A DNA stretch of 60,892 nt from Bacillota bacterium (GTDB lineage Bacteria; Bacillota; Clostridia; Oscillospirales; CAG-272). Positions 1-7,682 of the stretch are shown one piece after another. Under the pieces are notes generated by a model. The model was not told the DNA's origin and did no database searches. It saw only the letters and a program-made list of their open reading frames with translations. The stretch spans positions 1-60,892 of the forward strand of contig JAQXSY010000143.1 of assembly GCA_029219205.1 (NCBI GenBank), written 5' to 3'. The translations under genes were made by a program, and so were the position numbers. How positions within the stretch are numbered: the stretch's first letter is position 1; each line of letters begins with the position of its first letter.

Positions 1-402
1 AAACGCATACCTGCCATGATGCGTATGTTCATGAGCTACGGTATAGACATCCGCAAAGAACCGATTCTTGTCTATCCGACGCTTCACTACCAAAACGGCG
101 GTCTTGATATAAACGTCGACGGAATGACGACGAACGTCGAAAACCTGTATGTTGCAGGCGAAGCCGTCGGAGGCATCCACGGAAGGAACAGACTTATGGG
201 CAACTCGCTGCTCGATATCATAGTTTTCGGCAGAAACGCAGGTCAGAATGCATCGGCGCGCGCCAAAGACGTATCTGTCGGCAGGCTTACGCTTGAGCAC
301 ATATCGAAATTTGACGCAGAGCGCGACGCGGCGCAAATTGTGACCGACGCGGTCTCTCCCAAGCTTCTTCCGGACTATCGCTGCAAAAAGAGCGGCATTT
401 GA
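1..402 (+). CDS. FAD-binding oxidoreductase, succinate dehydrogenase/fumarate reductase/L-aspartate oxidase flavoprotein-like, C-terminal fragment (5' end outside window)
   Basis: Frame 1 is open from base 1 to TGA at 400-402. The translation contains HYQNGG and AGEAVGGIHGRNRLMGNSLLDIIVFGR, the typical C-proximal FAD/active-site segment of SdhA/FrdA/NadB-type flavoproteins. Confidence 0.7.
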   Translation, partial: KRIPAMMRMFMSYGIDIRKEPILVYPTLHYQNGGLDINVDGMTTNVENLYVAGEAVGGIHGRNRLMGNSLLDIIVFGRNAGQNASARAKDVSVGRLTLEHISKFDAERDAAQIVTDAVSPKLLPDYRCKKSGI

Positions 403-420
403 GTAAAGGAATCAGTTGAT

Positions 421-1683
421 ATGAGTTTATTTAACGGAGTAATAAACATATCCGGAGTATCGTTTTTGATGCTCTCGATTATGGTAATAATTGCGTTTGG
501 GTATTTGCTCGGAAGAATCACGATTAAGGGCGTATCGCTCGGAACAGCGGGCGTTTTCATCATCGCGCTGCTGTACGGTGCGCTTTTCTACGATAATCTG
601 ACAAACGCGCTCAAAACCGCCGAAATCACGTCAAGCGGTCTGAAAATTGTCGAAAACGTCGGTCTTGTGTTCTTTGTAACCTCAGTAGGTTTTATCGCCG
701 GGCCGAAATTCTTTAAAAATCTTAAAAAGAATTTTAAATCGTACATTCTGCTCGGAGTATCGGTAATCCTTGCGGGCGGGCTGACCTGCGTCGCTTGTTA
801 TTACATCGGCAAAGGCTCCGAGAACAATCCGAAGGAATTTATTGCGATGCTCGACGGACTTCTTTCCGGTTCTCTTACAACTACGCCCGGTTTCTCGGCT
901 GCAAAGGAAACCGTTAAGAATATGTACGCGGGAGATCCCGAAATGGCGGCGGCTTGCGAGGCGGCGGTTACGGTCGGCCACGGTATTGCATACCTTTTCG
1001 GAGTTGTCGGAGTGGTGCTTTTTGTCCAGCTTGTTCCGAAGTTTGCAAAAGCAAACATGGAAGAGGAACGCAAAAAACTCTCAAGTGTGGATATGGGAAC
1101 TGTCAAAACCTACACCGGCAAGCTTATTGATATCGACCCCATGGGTCTCGGAGTGTTTGGTCTGGCGGCATTCATAGGGCTTATAATAGGCAATATCAGA
1201 ATTCCGCTTACGTCAAACGGACTTTCCGGCACCTGCTTTTCGCTTACGACAACCGGCGGAGCGCTGATTGCCGCGCTTGTTTTCGGACATTTTTCAAGAA
1301 TCGGCAAAATAAACATTATGCCTCCCAAAAAGACGCTTGAAAATCTGCGTGAGCTTGGACTTATGCTTTTCCTTATCGGAGCGGGAGTTGCTGGCGGAGC
1401 TAATTTCGTTAAGTATTTCAAACCGATTTACTTCATATACGGAGCGGTTATGACAATCGTTCCCATGATCGTCGGCTACATTATCGCGAAGTACGTACTC
1501 AAGCTTAGTCTTCTTAACAGTCTCGGCTCGATAACCGGAGGCATGACGTCTACGCCGGCGCTCGGCACACTTATCAACGTCTCCGGAACCGAGGACGTTG
1601 CGTCTGCCTATGCCGCGACCTACCCGATCGCGCTGCTTGCGGTCGTGCTTGTATCGCAGTTCCTTATCGTAATATTCGGCTGA
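421..1683 (+). CDS. putative permease of the AspT/YidE/YbjL transporter type
   Basis: 420-aa very hydrophobic ORF. The N-terminal GRITIKGVSLGTAGVF motif and a related second half (LRELGLMLFLIGAGVAGG) match the duplicated permease domains of this family. No soluble RCK_C-like insert is visible. Confidence 0.5.
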   Translation: MSLFNGVINISGVSFLMLSIMVIIAFGYLLGRITIKGVSLGTAGVFIIALLYGALFYDNLTNALKTAEITSSGLKIVENVGLVFFVTSVGFIAGPKFFKNLKKNFKSYILLGVSVILAGGLTCVACYYIGKGSENNPKEFIAMLDGLLSGSLTTTPGFSAAKETVKNMYAGDPEMAAACEAAVTVGHGIAYLFGVVGVVLFVQLVPKFAKANMEEERKKLSSVDMGTVKTYTGKLIDIDPMGLGVFGLAAFIGLIIGNIRIPLTSNGLSGTCFSLTTTGGALIAALVFGHFSRIGKINIMPPKKTLENLRELGLMLFLIGAGVAGGANFVKYFKPIYFIYGAVMTIVPMIVGYIIAKYVLKLSLLNSLGSITGGMTSTPALGTLINVSGTEDVASAYAATYPIALLAVVLVSQFLIVIFG

Positions 1684-1711
1684 CGACGCGCTCTTACTGT
1701 TTTGGCAGGAG

Positions 1712-2335
1712 GTGGATTTTATAAAACAAATCGAAGTATCGCGGGCAACTATGGGCAGAATCCCGAGTTATCTGAGATATCTTAAGGATATATATCAATA
1801 TACTGAGAACATATCAGCCACCGCACTTGCAAAAGAGCTTGGCCTCGGCGAGGTTCAGGTACGAAAGGATCTTGGCGCAGTAAGCGGAGCGGGAAAGCCG
1901 AAAATAGGTTACAACGTCGGGCAGCTTATCGTTTCTTTAGAAACATTTCTGGCAAGCGGCAATAACAGCAGAGTTGTTATTGCCGGAGCCGGAAAGCTTG
2001 GACGAGCGCTGCTTGATTACGGAGGCTTCGGCGATTACGGTCTTGAGATCGCAGCGGCGTTCGATACAGCGGTAAAAAACGAAGAAAAGAGCAAAAACGG
2101 AAAGCCGGTCTTGCCCATGGAAAAGTTTCGCTCCTTCTGCGAAGAAAACAATATAAAGATCGGTATAATCACCGTTCCGGCAAAGTCGGCGCAGGAGGTG
2201 TGCGATATTTTCGTTGAAAGCGGTATCAAAGGCATATGGTGCTTTGCTCCGTGCGTTTTGTCCGTACCGCCGGAGGTTACAGTTCAATACGAAAATATGG
2301 CTCTGTCACTGGCTTACCTCAAAAAAAGAGTGTGA
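1712..2335 (+). CDS. rex: redox-sensing transcriptional repressor Rex
   Basis: GTG start 6 nt after AGGAGG. N-terminal wHTH (IPSYLRYL...ISATALAKELGLGEVQVRKDL) followed by the Rossmann motif VVIAGAGKLGRALL, the typical Rex architecture. Confidence 0.85.
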   Translation: MDFIKQIEVSRATMGRIPSYLRYLKDIYQYTENISATALAKELGLGEVQVRKDLGAVSGAGKPKIGYNVGQLIVSLETFLASGNNSRVVIAGAGKLGRALLDYGGFGDYGLEIAAAFDTAVKNEEKSKNGKPVLPMEKFRSFCEENNIKIGIITVPAKSAQEVCDIFVESGIKGIWCFAPCVLSVPPEVTVQYENMALSLAYLKKRV

Positions 2336-2375
2336 GCCGTCCGTCAGCCGCGCATTTATTTTTTTCTAAAAAAGC

Positions 2376-2404
2376 TTGACAAACGACAAATAATGATATA
2401 TAAT
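2376..2404 (+). promoter_or_regulatory. sigma-A type promoter (TTGACA-17 nt-TATAAT) for the T-box leader/symporter transcript
   Basis: Perfect -35 TTGACA at 2376-2381, 17-nt spacer, perfect -10 TATAAT at 2399-2404. Confidence 0.6.
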
Positions 2405-2411
2405 GCGATTA

Positions 2412-2757
2412 TATTCTAAATATAGCTGTGACCGGAAGCAGAAAGCAATGCCGGAACGCCTTTCCTTCGTTCCCAAAAGACTTTGCACTTTTCTGACTTC
2501 CCGAACCGATGTTTTACAGAGAGCTGCCGGACGGTGAGAGGCGCAAAGCATTATCGGGAAGGATACATTCCGAGAGTTTGCGCACCGAAACGCTGCTGGA
2601 AAAGCGGAATAGGCTGCGACGGAAGGCGTCCGTTACCTCGCCCGCGGCATAATGCGTATGCAAGTGCTGTACAAGGCCGTTTTTTGACGGTAAAACCGAG
2701 GTGGTACCGCGATTTTTTCGCCCTCTGCACATTTTTTGTGCGGAGGGCGTTTTTATT
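2412..2757 (+). promoter_or_regulatory. T-box leader (tRNA-sensing transcription attenuator)
   Basis: Stem-I type boxes AGAGAG (2518-2523) and GGTGAGAG (2533-2540). T-box core AAACCGAGGTGGTACCGCG (2694-2712). A 12-bp terminator CGCCCTCTGCAC/GTGCGGAGGGCG plus a T-run (2719-2757) lies directly upstream of the symporter RBS. Confidence 0.8.
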
Positions 2758-2803
2758 TTGACCCAAACAAATTTTAATAATTACAAAGGAAGGTAGCAAA
2801 ATC

Positions 2804-4312
2804 ATGTTCTGGAAAATTTCGCTGCTTGCGGTATTCTTCGTCATCACTGTGACAATCGGTCTGGCATGCCGCAAAAAACTCAAAGACACAAACGATTTCG
2901 TTCTCGGCGGACGAAATGTCGGTCCGTGGCTCTCGGCTTTCGCATACGGAACCTCATACTTCTCTGCCACGATATTCGTCGGCTTTTCGGGTCAGTTCGG
3001 ATGGGCGTTCGGAATAAGCTCGCTTTGGATCGGTATCGGAAACGCGCTCATCGGAAGCCTGCTTGCATGGGTCGTGCTCGGAAGACGCACAAGAGTTATG
3101 ACAAAACAGCTCGACAGCGCCACAATGCCGGATTATTTTGCAAAGCGTTACGACTCCAACGCACTGCGCTTTGCCGCGGCAATCATAATATGCATCTTTC
3201 TCGTGCCCTACACGGCGTCGGTATATAAGGGGCTTGCGGGACTGTTTGCGGCAAGCTTCGATATAAGCTTTGTATGGTGCATTGTAGGAATGGCTTTGCT
3301 GACGGCTGTCTTTGTCGTTGCGGGCGGATACGTCGGAACGGCTGCCAACAATTTTATTCAGGGAATAATTATGATCATCGGCATTATACTTATTGTCGGC
3401 GCGGTTCTCGGCGGAAAAGGCGGTTTTTCCGAGGCGATCAACCAGCTTTCCCAGATTGAATGCGAATCAAATCCCGGACTTAACGGTGCATTCGTATCAT
3501 TGTTCGGACCCGATCCGCTGGCGCTTCTATCCGTCGTTATCCTTACCAGTCTGGGAACCTGGGGACTTCCTCAGATGGTACATAAATTTTACGCAATAAA
3601 AAGCGAAAAAGCGGTCATGACCGGAACTGTTATATCGACGGTATTCGCGATTCTCATTGCCGGCGGCTCATACTTCATGGGAGGATTTTCCCGCCTCTAC
3701 TATTCCGCGGACAAAGTCGTTATAGACGATATAGTTCCGTCAATGCTCGTAAAAGCGCTTCCTGATATTTTGATCGGAGTTGTTCTGCTCGTCGTTATTT
3801 CCGCGTCGATCTCAACGCTCGCTTCGCTTGTCATCACTTCAAGCTCAACTTTCACAAGCGACCTTGTCAAATTATTTAAAAAGGATCTGAAAAGCAAAAC
3901 CGAATTTACTCTCGTAAGAATCATGTGCATGGTATTCATTGTGATTTCGGTTCTGATCGCGCTTATCCCGAACAGTCTCATAACCTCGCTTATGAACATT
4001 TCCTGGGGCGCGCTTTCCGGCGCTTTCCTCGGTCCGTTCCTCTACGGTCTCTTCTGGAAAAAGACCAGCCGCATTTCGGTATGGTGCAGCATGGTATTCG
4101 GAGTCGGAGTCGTTGTTCTTAACAGCATTTTCGGATTTACCGGCAGCGCTCAGGCCGGCGCCCTCGCAATGATTGCGTCGCTTATTATAGTTCCTCTGGT
4201 GTCGCTTGTTACAAAGGCTCCGGAAGCGTCAGTCATTGAAAACGCCTTCGCCGGATATGACGAAAAAATACTCGTTTCAAAAAAGACAGCTCTCGACGAC
4301 GCAAAATCCTGA
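2804..4312 (+). CDS. sodium:solute symporter (SSS) family permease, substrate unknown
   Basis: 502 aa with 12-13 predicted TM helices. N-terminal GGRNVGPWLSAFAYGTSYFSA and central WGLPQMVHKFYA motifs are typical of PutP/PanF-type SSS transporters. RBS AAGGAAGG. Confidence 0.8.
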   Translation: MFWKISLLAVFFVITVTIGLACRKKLKDTNDFVLGGRNVGPWLSAFAYGTSYFSATIFVGFSGQFGWAFGISSLWIGIGNALIGSLLAWVVLGRRTRVMTKQLDSATMPDYFAKRYDSNALRFAAAIIICIFLVPYTASVYKGLAGLFAASFDISFVWCIVGMALLTAVFVVAGGYVGTAANNFIQGIIMIIGIILIVGAVLGGKGGFSEAINQLSQIECESNPGLNGAFVSLFGPDPLALLSVVILTSLGTWGLPQMVHKFYAIKSEKAVMTGTVISTVFAILIAGGSYFMGGFSRLYYSADKVVIDDIVPSMLVKALPDILIGVVLLVVISASISTLASLVITSSSTFTSDLVKLFKKDLKSKTEFTLVRIMCMVFIVISVLIALIPNSLITSLMNISWGALSGAFLGPFLYGLFWKKTSRISVWCSMVFGVGVVVLNSIFGFTGSAQAGALAMIASLIIVPLVSLVTKAPEASVIENAFAGYDEKILVSKKTALDDAKS

Positions 4313-4383
4313 CGCTTCTGTTGCATTTTCTCACAATTCGATGTATAATAAGTCAGTAGAATCGATTATGTGAGGTGTGCGTA

Positions 4384-4734
4384 ATGGAAGGTATGTTTAT
4401 GTTCTTCTTCTTTGCCATTTTTGCTTTCGTTATCGGAATGTTTATTTTTATCATCGTGTCGTCAGCCGGACGTTGGATAAAAAACAACAACTCCCCCAGG
4501 CTGAACGTAAACGCGGACGTCGTCGCAAAACGTATGCAGGTCGGCTCTCATATGCACGACAACAGCCATTTTGCAAACAGCGGATATACGCGCTATTTCG
4601 TAACATTTCAGTTTGAAAGCGGCGACCGGCTCGAGCTTAACGTCAGTCCGGAAGAGTACGGTATTCTTGTTGAAGGAGACAAAGGCGTTCTGGAATTTCA
4701 GGGCACACGGTTTTTGAATTTTAAAAGAGTATGA
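4384..4734 (+). CDS. DUF2500 domain protein (single N-terminal TM helix)
   Basis: C-terminal YFVTFQFESGDRLELNVSPEEYGILVEGDKGVLEFQGTRFLNF resembles DUF2500. Start placed at ATG 4384, 8 nt after GAGGTG, rather than the track's GTG at 4375. Confidence 0.6.
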   Translation: MEGMFMFFFFAIFAFVIGMFIFIIVSSAGRWIKNNNSPRLNVNADVVAKRMQVGSHMHDNSHFANSGYTRYFVTFQFESGDRLELNVSPEEYGILVEGDKGVLEFQGTRFLNFKRV

Positions 4735-4740
4735 AAAAAA

Positions 4741-4773
4741 GGGACTAAGGCGCTTTGCCGAAGTCCCTTTTTT
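4741..4773 (+). terminator. rho-independent terminator of the symporter/DUF2500 transcript
   Basis: GGGACT...AGTCCC stem (4741-4767) followed by TTTTTT. Confidence 0.8.
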
Positions 4774-4777
4774 GTAT

Positions 4778-4808
4778 CAAAAAGACGGCGGCAAAACCGC
4801 GCCGCCGC
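4778..4808 (-). terminator. rho-independent terminator of the alpha/beta hydrolase gene
   Basis: GGCGGC(4787-4792)/GCCGCC(4801-4806) stem. On the minus strand it is followed by GTCTTTTTG. It sits back-to-back with the plus-strand terminator. Confidence 0.65.
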
Positions 4809-4918
4809 ATTTACAATCAATAATACGACCGCCGCCGGCACAAAAACGACAGCGGAAAACATAAGATACACGCCGAGCAGGCGCAAACATTGATCTAACT
4901 CTCCATTGTTATTATCAG

Positions 4919-5656
4919 TCAGTTTCCGCGCAAAAGAAACCTCTCAAGCTCCCGGTTAAAGCTTTCCGACTGATTATTTGCAATAAAATGTCCGCCGTTT
5001 ATGAAAACGAGAGACGCCCCCGGTATGCTTTTGGCAATAAGCTCCGTATGTTTCTTTTTAATCATATCTTTTGTTCCGGCAATCACAAGTACGGGCATTT
5101 TGAGAGAACTAAGCTCCGACGGCTTTATATCGGGTTCGTTTACCATAAGACCAATCATTTCGGCGTTCTTCGCCGCCTTTTCGCTTATGCGCGAAAAAAG
5201 CTTCGCCGCAGCATAACCGAGCTCAATCGGCAGCTGCACGGAGCGTTTTACTCCCGACGGATCAAGATTTGCGCCGTTCAGAACAAGCTTTCTCACCATT
5301 TCAGGGTGTTTTTGGGCAAAATAAAGCGCAATGTTGCCGCCGTCCGAAAAGCCGACTATATCGGCTTTTTCTATTCCGTGCTCTTTCATAAAATCATGCA
5401 GATCTTCGGCAAAGCGTTTTATCGAAAAATCCCCTTTTCCGCGCGGCGACCGTCCGTGTCCGCGCGTATCTAACGCAATAACACGGTAATATCTGCAAAA
5501 ATGCTCCGTCTGATGGACATAATATTGATGATCTTCTCCGTTCCCATGCAGCAGTATCAGGGGAAAACCGTTTCCTTTTTCTTCGTAATACAGCGATACG
5601 TCCACAAATGACCTCCAAAAAATCGTTTTGCAATCGTTGTTGTCTATCGCACGCAT
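4919..5656 (-). CDS. alpha/beta hydrolase
   Basis: HGNGED oxyanion region, nucleophile elbow GFSDGG and a C-terminal GGHF region. Confidence 0.75.
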   Translation of the reverse strand: MRAIDNNDCKTIFWRSFVDVSLYYEEKGNGFPLILLHGNGEDHQYYVHQTEHFCRYYRVIALDTRGHGRSPRGKGDFSIKRFAEDLHDFMKEHGIEKADIVGFSDGGNIALYFAQKHPEMVRKLVLNGANLDPSGVKRSVQLPIELGYAAAKLFSRISEKAAKNAEMIGLMVNEPDIKPSELSSLKMPVLVIAGTKDMIKKKHTELIAKSIPGASLVFINGGHFIANNQSESFNRELERFLLRGN

Positions 5657-5734
5657 TTTGTAAATTCATTATAGACGATTTGGCATATGTTGTCAAGGCG
5701 TTCCGAGCGAATCGGAAGTGTCATTAAAACAGCA

Positions 5735-5770
5735 AATCCTCCGTATGAGAAAGCAGCCGTACGGAGGATT
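5735..5770 (-). terminator. perfect 11-bp hairpin, possible terminator; arms repeated at 16705-16752
   Basis: AATCCTCCGTA (5735-5745) and TACGGAGGATT (5760-5770) with a 14-nt loop. On the minus strand it is followed by an interrupted T-run (TGCTGTTTT). Confidence 0.35.
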
Positions 5771-5945
5771 AATCTATATTATTTTGAAAATTTGACGGTT
5801 TAAACGACCGGCCAAAACCGGTTTGTACGCAGGGAACAGACGATTACGATGCCGCCCTGACCGAATAAAGTACCGTAACATTTTTAGTCGAATGCGCCGT
5901 TTTGTTCCGAAAGATTTTTAACAGCCTCGCAGTTTCTTCGGTTTC

Positions 5946-6545
5946 TTAAGAAATTCTCTCACTTGAGGTTTTAGAATGCAGATACAGGTTATCAATAATA
6001 CTGATAACGGGTATGAACTGAAGAACACAGTGCAGAAAGGCATTTGGTGCGGACAGGTTCTTTTGGCGGCGCAGCGCCGATATACCAGCTATCCCGCGTA
6101 TGGCTCCCGCAAAAGTCAGGAATAATTCTAACATTACGATTAAAATAAATAACAGCGGGAGCGTTAATACCGCCCCAATCAAATTCAGCAATGAAACAAA
6201 AGCGGTTAGACCGAAAATTATTATGAGTCCGATTTGCCACAAAAGAATCACGCTTTGGCATAAAAGTGCTTGTAACAAAAGCTTTCTTGGAACGCCTTTT
6301 TTCATGAGCAAAAAGGAAGCTGTTACAAAAAAGAGGAATGCGATGACACAGAAGCAGCCGATAATTTTTACGGCTGCAAACTGCATATTTTCCATTTCCG
6401 TATAATATGCATCCCAAAGCCCTGCCGAATTGTAACGATTAAAATAAAATCGGTGAATTAACTTGTGTGACAGCAGCCATGCGGGAACAGAAAAAAGAGC
6501 GCAGCAGGAAAATAAAATTGCTGACAACCATCCGTTCATTTGCAT
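5946..6545 (-). CDS. hypothetical integral membrane protein
   Basis: 199-aa ORF with about 5 hydrophobic helices. SD GGAGGG lies 4-5 nt before the ATG. No recognisable family motif. Confidence 0.55.
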   Translation of the reverse strand: MQMNGWLSAILFSCCALFSVPAWLLSHKLIHRFYFNRYNSAGLWDAYYTEMENMQFAAVKIIGCFCVIAFLFFVTASFLLMKKGVPRKLLLQALLCQSVILLWQIGLIIIFGLTAFVSLLNLIGAVLTLPLLFILIVMLELFLTFAGAIRGIAGISALRRQKNLSAPNAFLHCVLQFIPVISIIDNLYLHSKTSSERIS

Positions 6546-6784
6546 CCCTCCGTTTCATAAACCGAATTTTCACAATTTCTTCTGAACGTATCTTTCAAGC
6601 CTTCATTTGCCTTACCCATTTTATTGGGTTGCCTGCCTTCAACCTTTTTAATTACACCGTTTCGTCATCACCGGTACGATCTATGCGTTTTTATGACTTT
6701 TTTCACTCTCGACGTAATACTGTTTTACGGCCATACGGCTAAAATCCGGAGTTTCTTTTTTCGTAAAGCTGTTTTTATTAAGTC

Positions 6785-7078
6785 TTATTCGTTTTCGGAA
6801 GTACCGTTTCCTCCGAAACGGGCTATGCGGCGTCTGCGCTTTTGAAGAATACGCTTCTCCTTCATGCGCTCGGCTTTTCCGTCGTCGCGAACAGGTTTTA
6901 GTCCCGCCTTTTCAAGCGCGCGCGGCCACGGTCCGAGAAACGCTTTGATCGCAACAACCTCCGGCTCGGAAAAATCCGATCTTTGAGGATATCGCTTATT
7001 CCCCGAACAGTCAAGTTCCTCCTGCTTTTTTTTAAGCAGAAGCAAAGCGTCGTCCTTTGTGTAACGGCGGTTTTCCAT
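6785..7078 (-). CDS. small basic hypothetical protein with a homing-endonuclease-associated-repeat-like motif
   Basis: 97 aa. GGAGG lies about 12 nt upstream of the ATG. The segment RYPQRSDFSEPEVVAIKAFLGPWPRALEKAGLKP resembles the helix-turn repeat (..P...DF......I...FGSW..AL..AGL) found next to HNH/homing endonucleases. The C-terminus is Arg/Lys rich. Confidence 0.5.
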   Translation of the reverse strand: MENRRYTKDDALLLLKKKQEELDCSGNKRYPQRSDFSEPEVVAIKAFLGPWPRALEKAGLKPVRDDGKAERMKEKRILQKRRRRIARFGGNGTSENE

Positions 7079-7099
7079 TTTTTTCGATTTCCTCCGTAT

Positions 7100-7135
7100 A
7101 AAAAAGCCTGCATCCGAAAAGGTACAGGCTTTTTA
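7100..7135 (-). terminator. rho-independent terminator/attenuator at the end of the 7.1-7.4 kb structured RNA
   Basis: AGCCTG(7105-7110)/CAGGCT(7125-7130) stem with inner pairs. A-run on one side and T-run on the other. On the minus strand it reads stem then TTTTTT, about 20 nt upstream of the 97-aa ORF start. Confidence 0.6.
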
Positions 7136-7385
7136 CTTCCGTATTTTTCAAAATACAGAAACGTCGAACCTTCCCGTTTTCGGTTATCTGTATTTTTTCA
7201 TGCCAAAAAAATACTGCGTACGCTGCGTAACGGGCACGATGCTTCTGACTTATCGTCGGCGACAAACGCCGCCGAATCACAGCAATGGCAGTTGTGCCGG
7301 ATTCAAACCGACTCTCATAGGAAAGACGACGCTTCCCTGTCTACTCAGCTTACAACCTTTCAATCCATGCCGATAACAGCTCGCT
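7136..7385 (-). ncRNA. unassigned structured RNA (candidate cis-regulatory leader or sRNA)
   Basis: No credible ORF. Bounded by a near-consensus minus-strand promoter (7389-7418) and the terminator at 7100-7135. Contains several stable helices and a tRNA-like cloverleaf. I could not match it to any known riboswitch consensus. Confidence 0.4.
7286..7357 (-). other. tRNA-like cloverleaf element embedded in the structured RNA (not a canonical tRNA)
   Basis: Minus-strand 72-mer GGTTGTAAGCTGAGTAGACAGGGAAGCGTCGTCTTTCCTATGAGAGTCGGTTTGAATCCGGCACAACTGCCA. It has a 6-bp acceptor-like stem, T-arm GTCGG/TTTGAAT/CCGGC and a 3' GCCA. The D-loop lacks GG and the anticodon-position loop is 6 nt. Confidence 0.3.
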
Positions 7386-7388
7386 GTT

Positions 7389-7418
7389 ATTTTAACACCT
7401 TTCAGCCAGGTTTGTCAA
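7389..7418 (-). promoter_or_regulatory. sigma-A type promoter on the minus strand driving the structured RNA
   Basis: The reverse complement reads TTGACA (7418-7413), a 17/18-nt spacer, then TTAAAAT (7395-7389). Confidence 0.5.
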
Positions 7419-7653
7419 GAGCGTTCTCTGCTTTGCGCACCACCGGAATAAAAAGGCCAAGAGCCGGAGCCGGTTTTGTAAAAATCATAGAAAAAGTTAC
7501 GGCAGCCGCGTAAAATGCCGCGGATTATTTGTCCTTTTTTTAAGCCTGTTTGCTTTGGTATGAATATGCCTGAATAAAACCGCTTTTTTAAAAAACAAGG
7601 CTCGCAGCGCACCCGGTTTTTTATTACTTAACTTAAAAATATGGCAAAAACCA

Positions 7654-7682
7654 TTGACTTTTAAACGGTTATAGTATAAAAT
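7654..7682 (+). promoter_or_regulatory. sigma-A type promoter for the tandem oxidoreductase genes
   Basis: TTGACT (7654-7659), 17-nt spacer, TAAAAT (7677-7682). Confidence 0.5.

Noticed and set aside
4698-4886. 62-aa minus-strand ORF in the gap between the DUF2500 gene and the alpha/beta hydrolase gene
   Set aside because: Its coding frame runs straight through two back-to-back intrinsic terminator hairpins (4741-4773 and 4778-4808), and it has no RBS.
6546-6784. Small ORFs in the 240-nt gap between the 97-aa gene and the membrane-protein gene, e.g. the 27-codon MGKANEGLKDTFRRNCENSVYETEGCK overlapping the downstream start
   Set aside because: No Shine-Dalgarno sequence and no recognisable family. 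Indistinguishable from chance ORFs.
7185-7205. Five-codon mini-ORF ATG AAA AAA TAC AGA TAA (MKKYR) on the minus strand, overlapping the Z' helix arm; a possible leader peptide
   Set aside because: There is no Shine-Dalgarno sequence upstream (only a U-run). A 5-codon ORF is expected by chance in AT-rich leader sequence.
7286-7345. Possible TPP riboswitch (CTGAG ... TTTGAATCCGG resembles CUGAGA ... UUGAACCUGAUCCGG)
   Set aside because: The ACCUGAUC segment, the pyrimidine-sensor helix context and the closing AGGGA are absent, and the downstream gene is unrelated to thiamine.
7286-7357. Calling the 72-nt element a genuine tRNA gene
   Set aside because: The T-arm and 3' GCCA look right. But the acceptor has only 6 bp, the D-loop lacks the conserved GG, and the anticodon-position loop has 6 nt without U33/R37. 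No anticodon can be assigned. It is kept only as a tRNA-like element.
7497-7545. 16-nt identity GCGTAAAATGCCGCGG shared between 7508-7523 and the strong terminator at 45978-45993
   Set aside because: The copy at 7.5 kb forms only a 5-bp stem and is not flanked by further similarity. One 16-mer coincidence in 60 kb of two strands is not clearly beyond chance. It is not treated as a repeat family.
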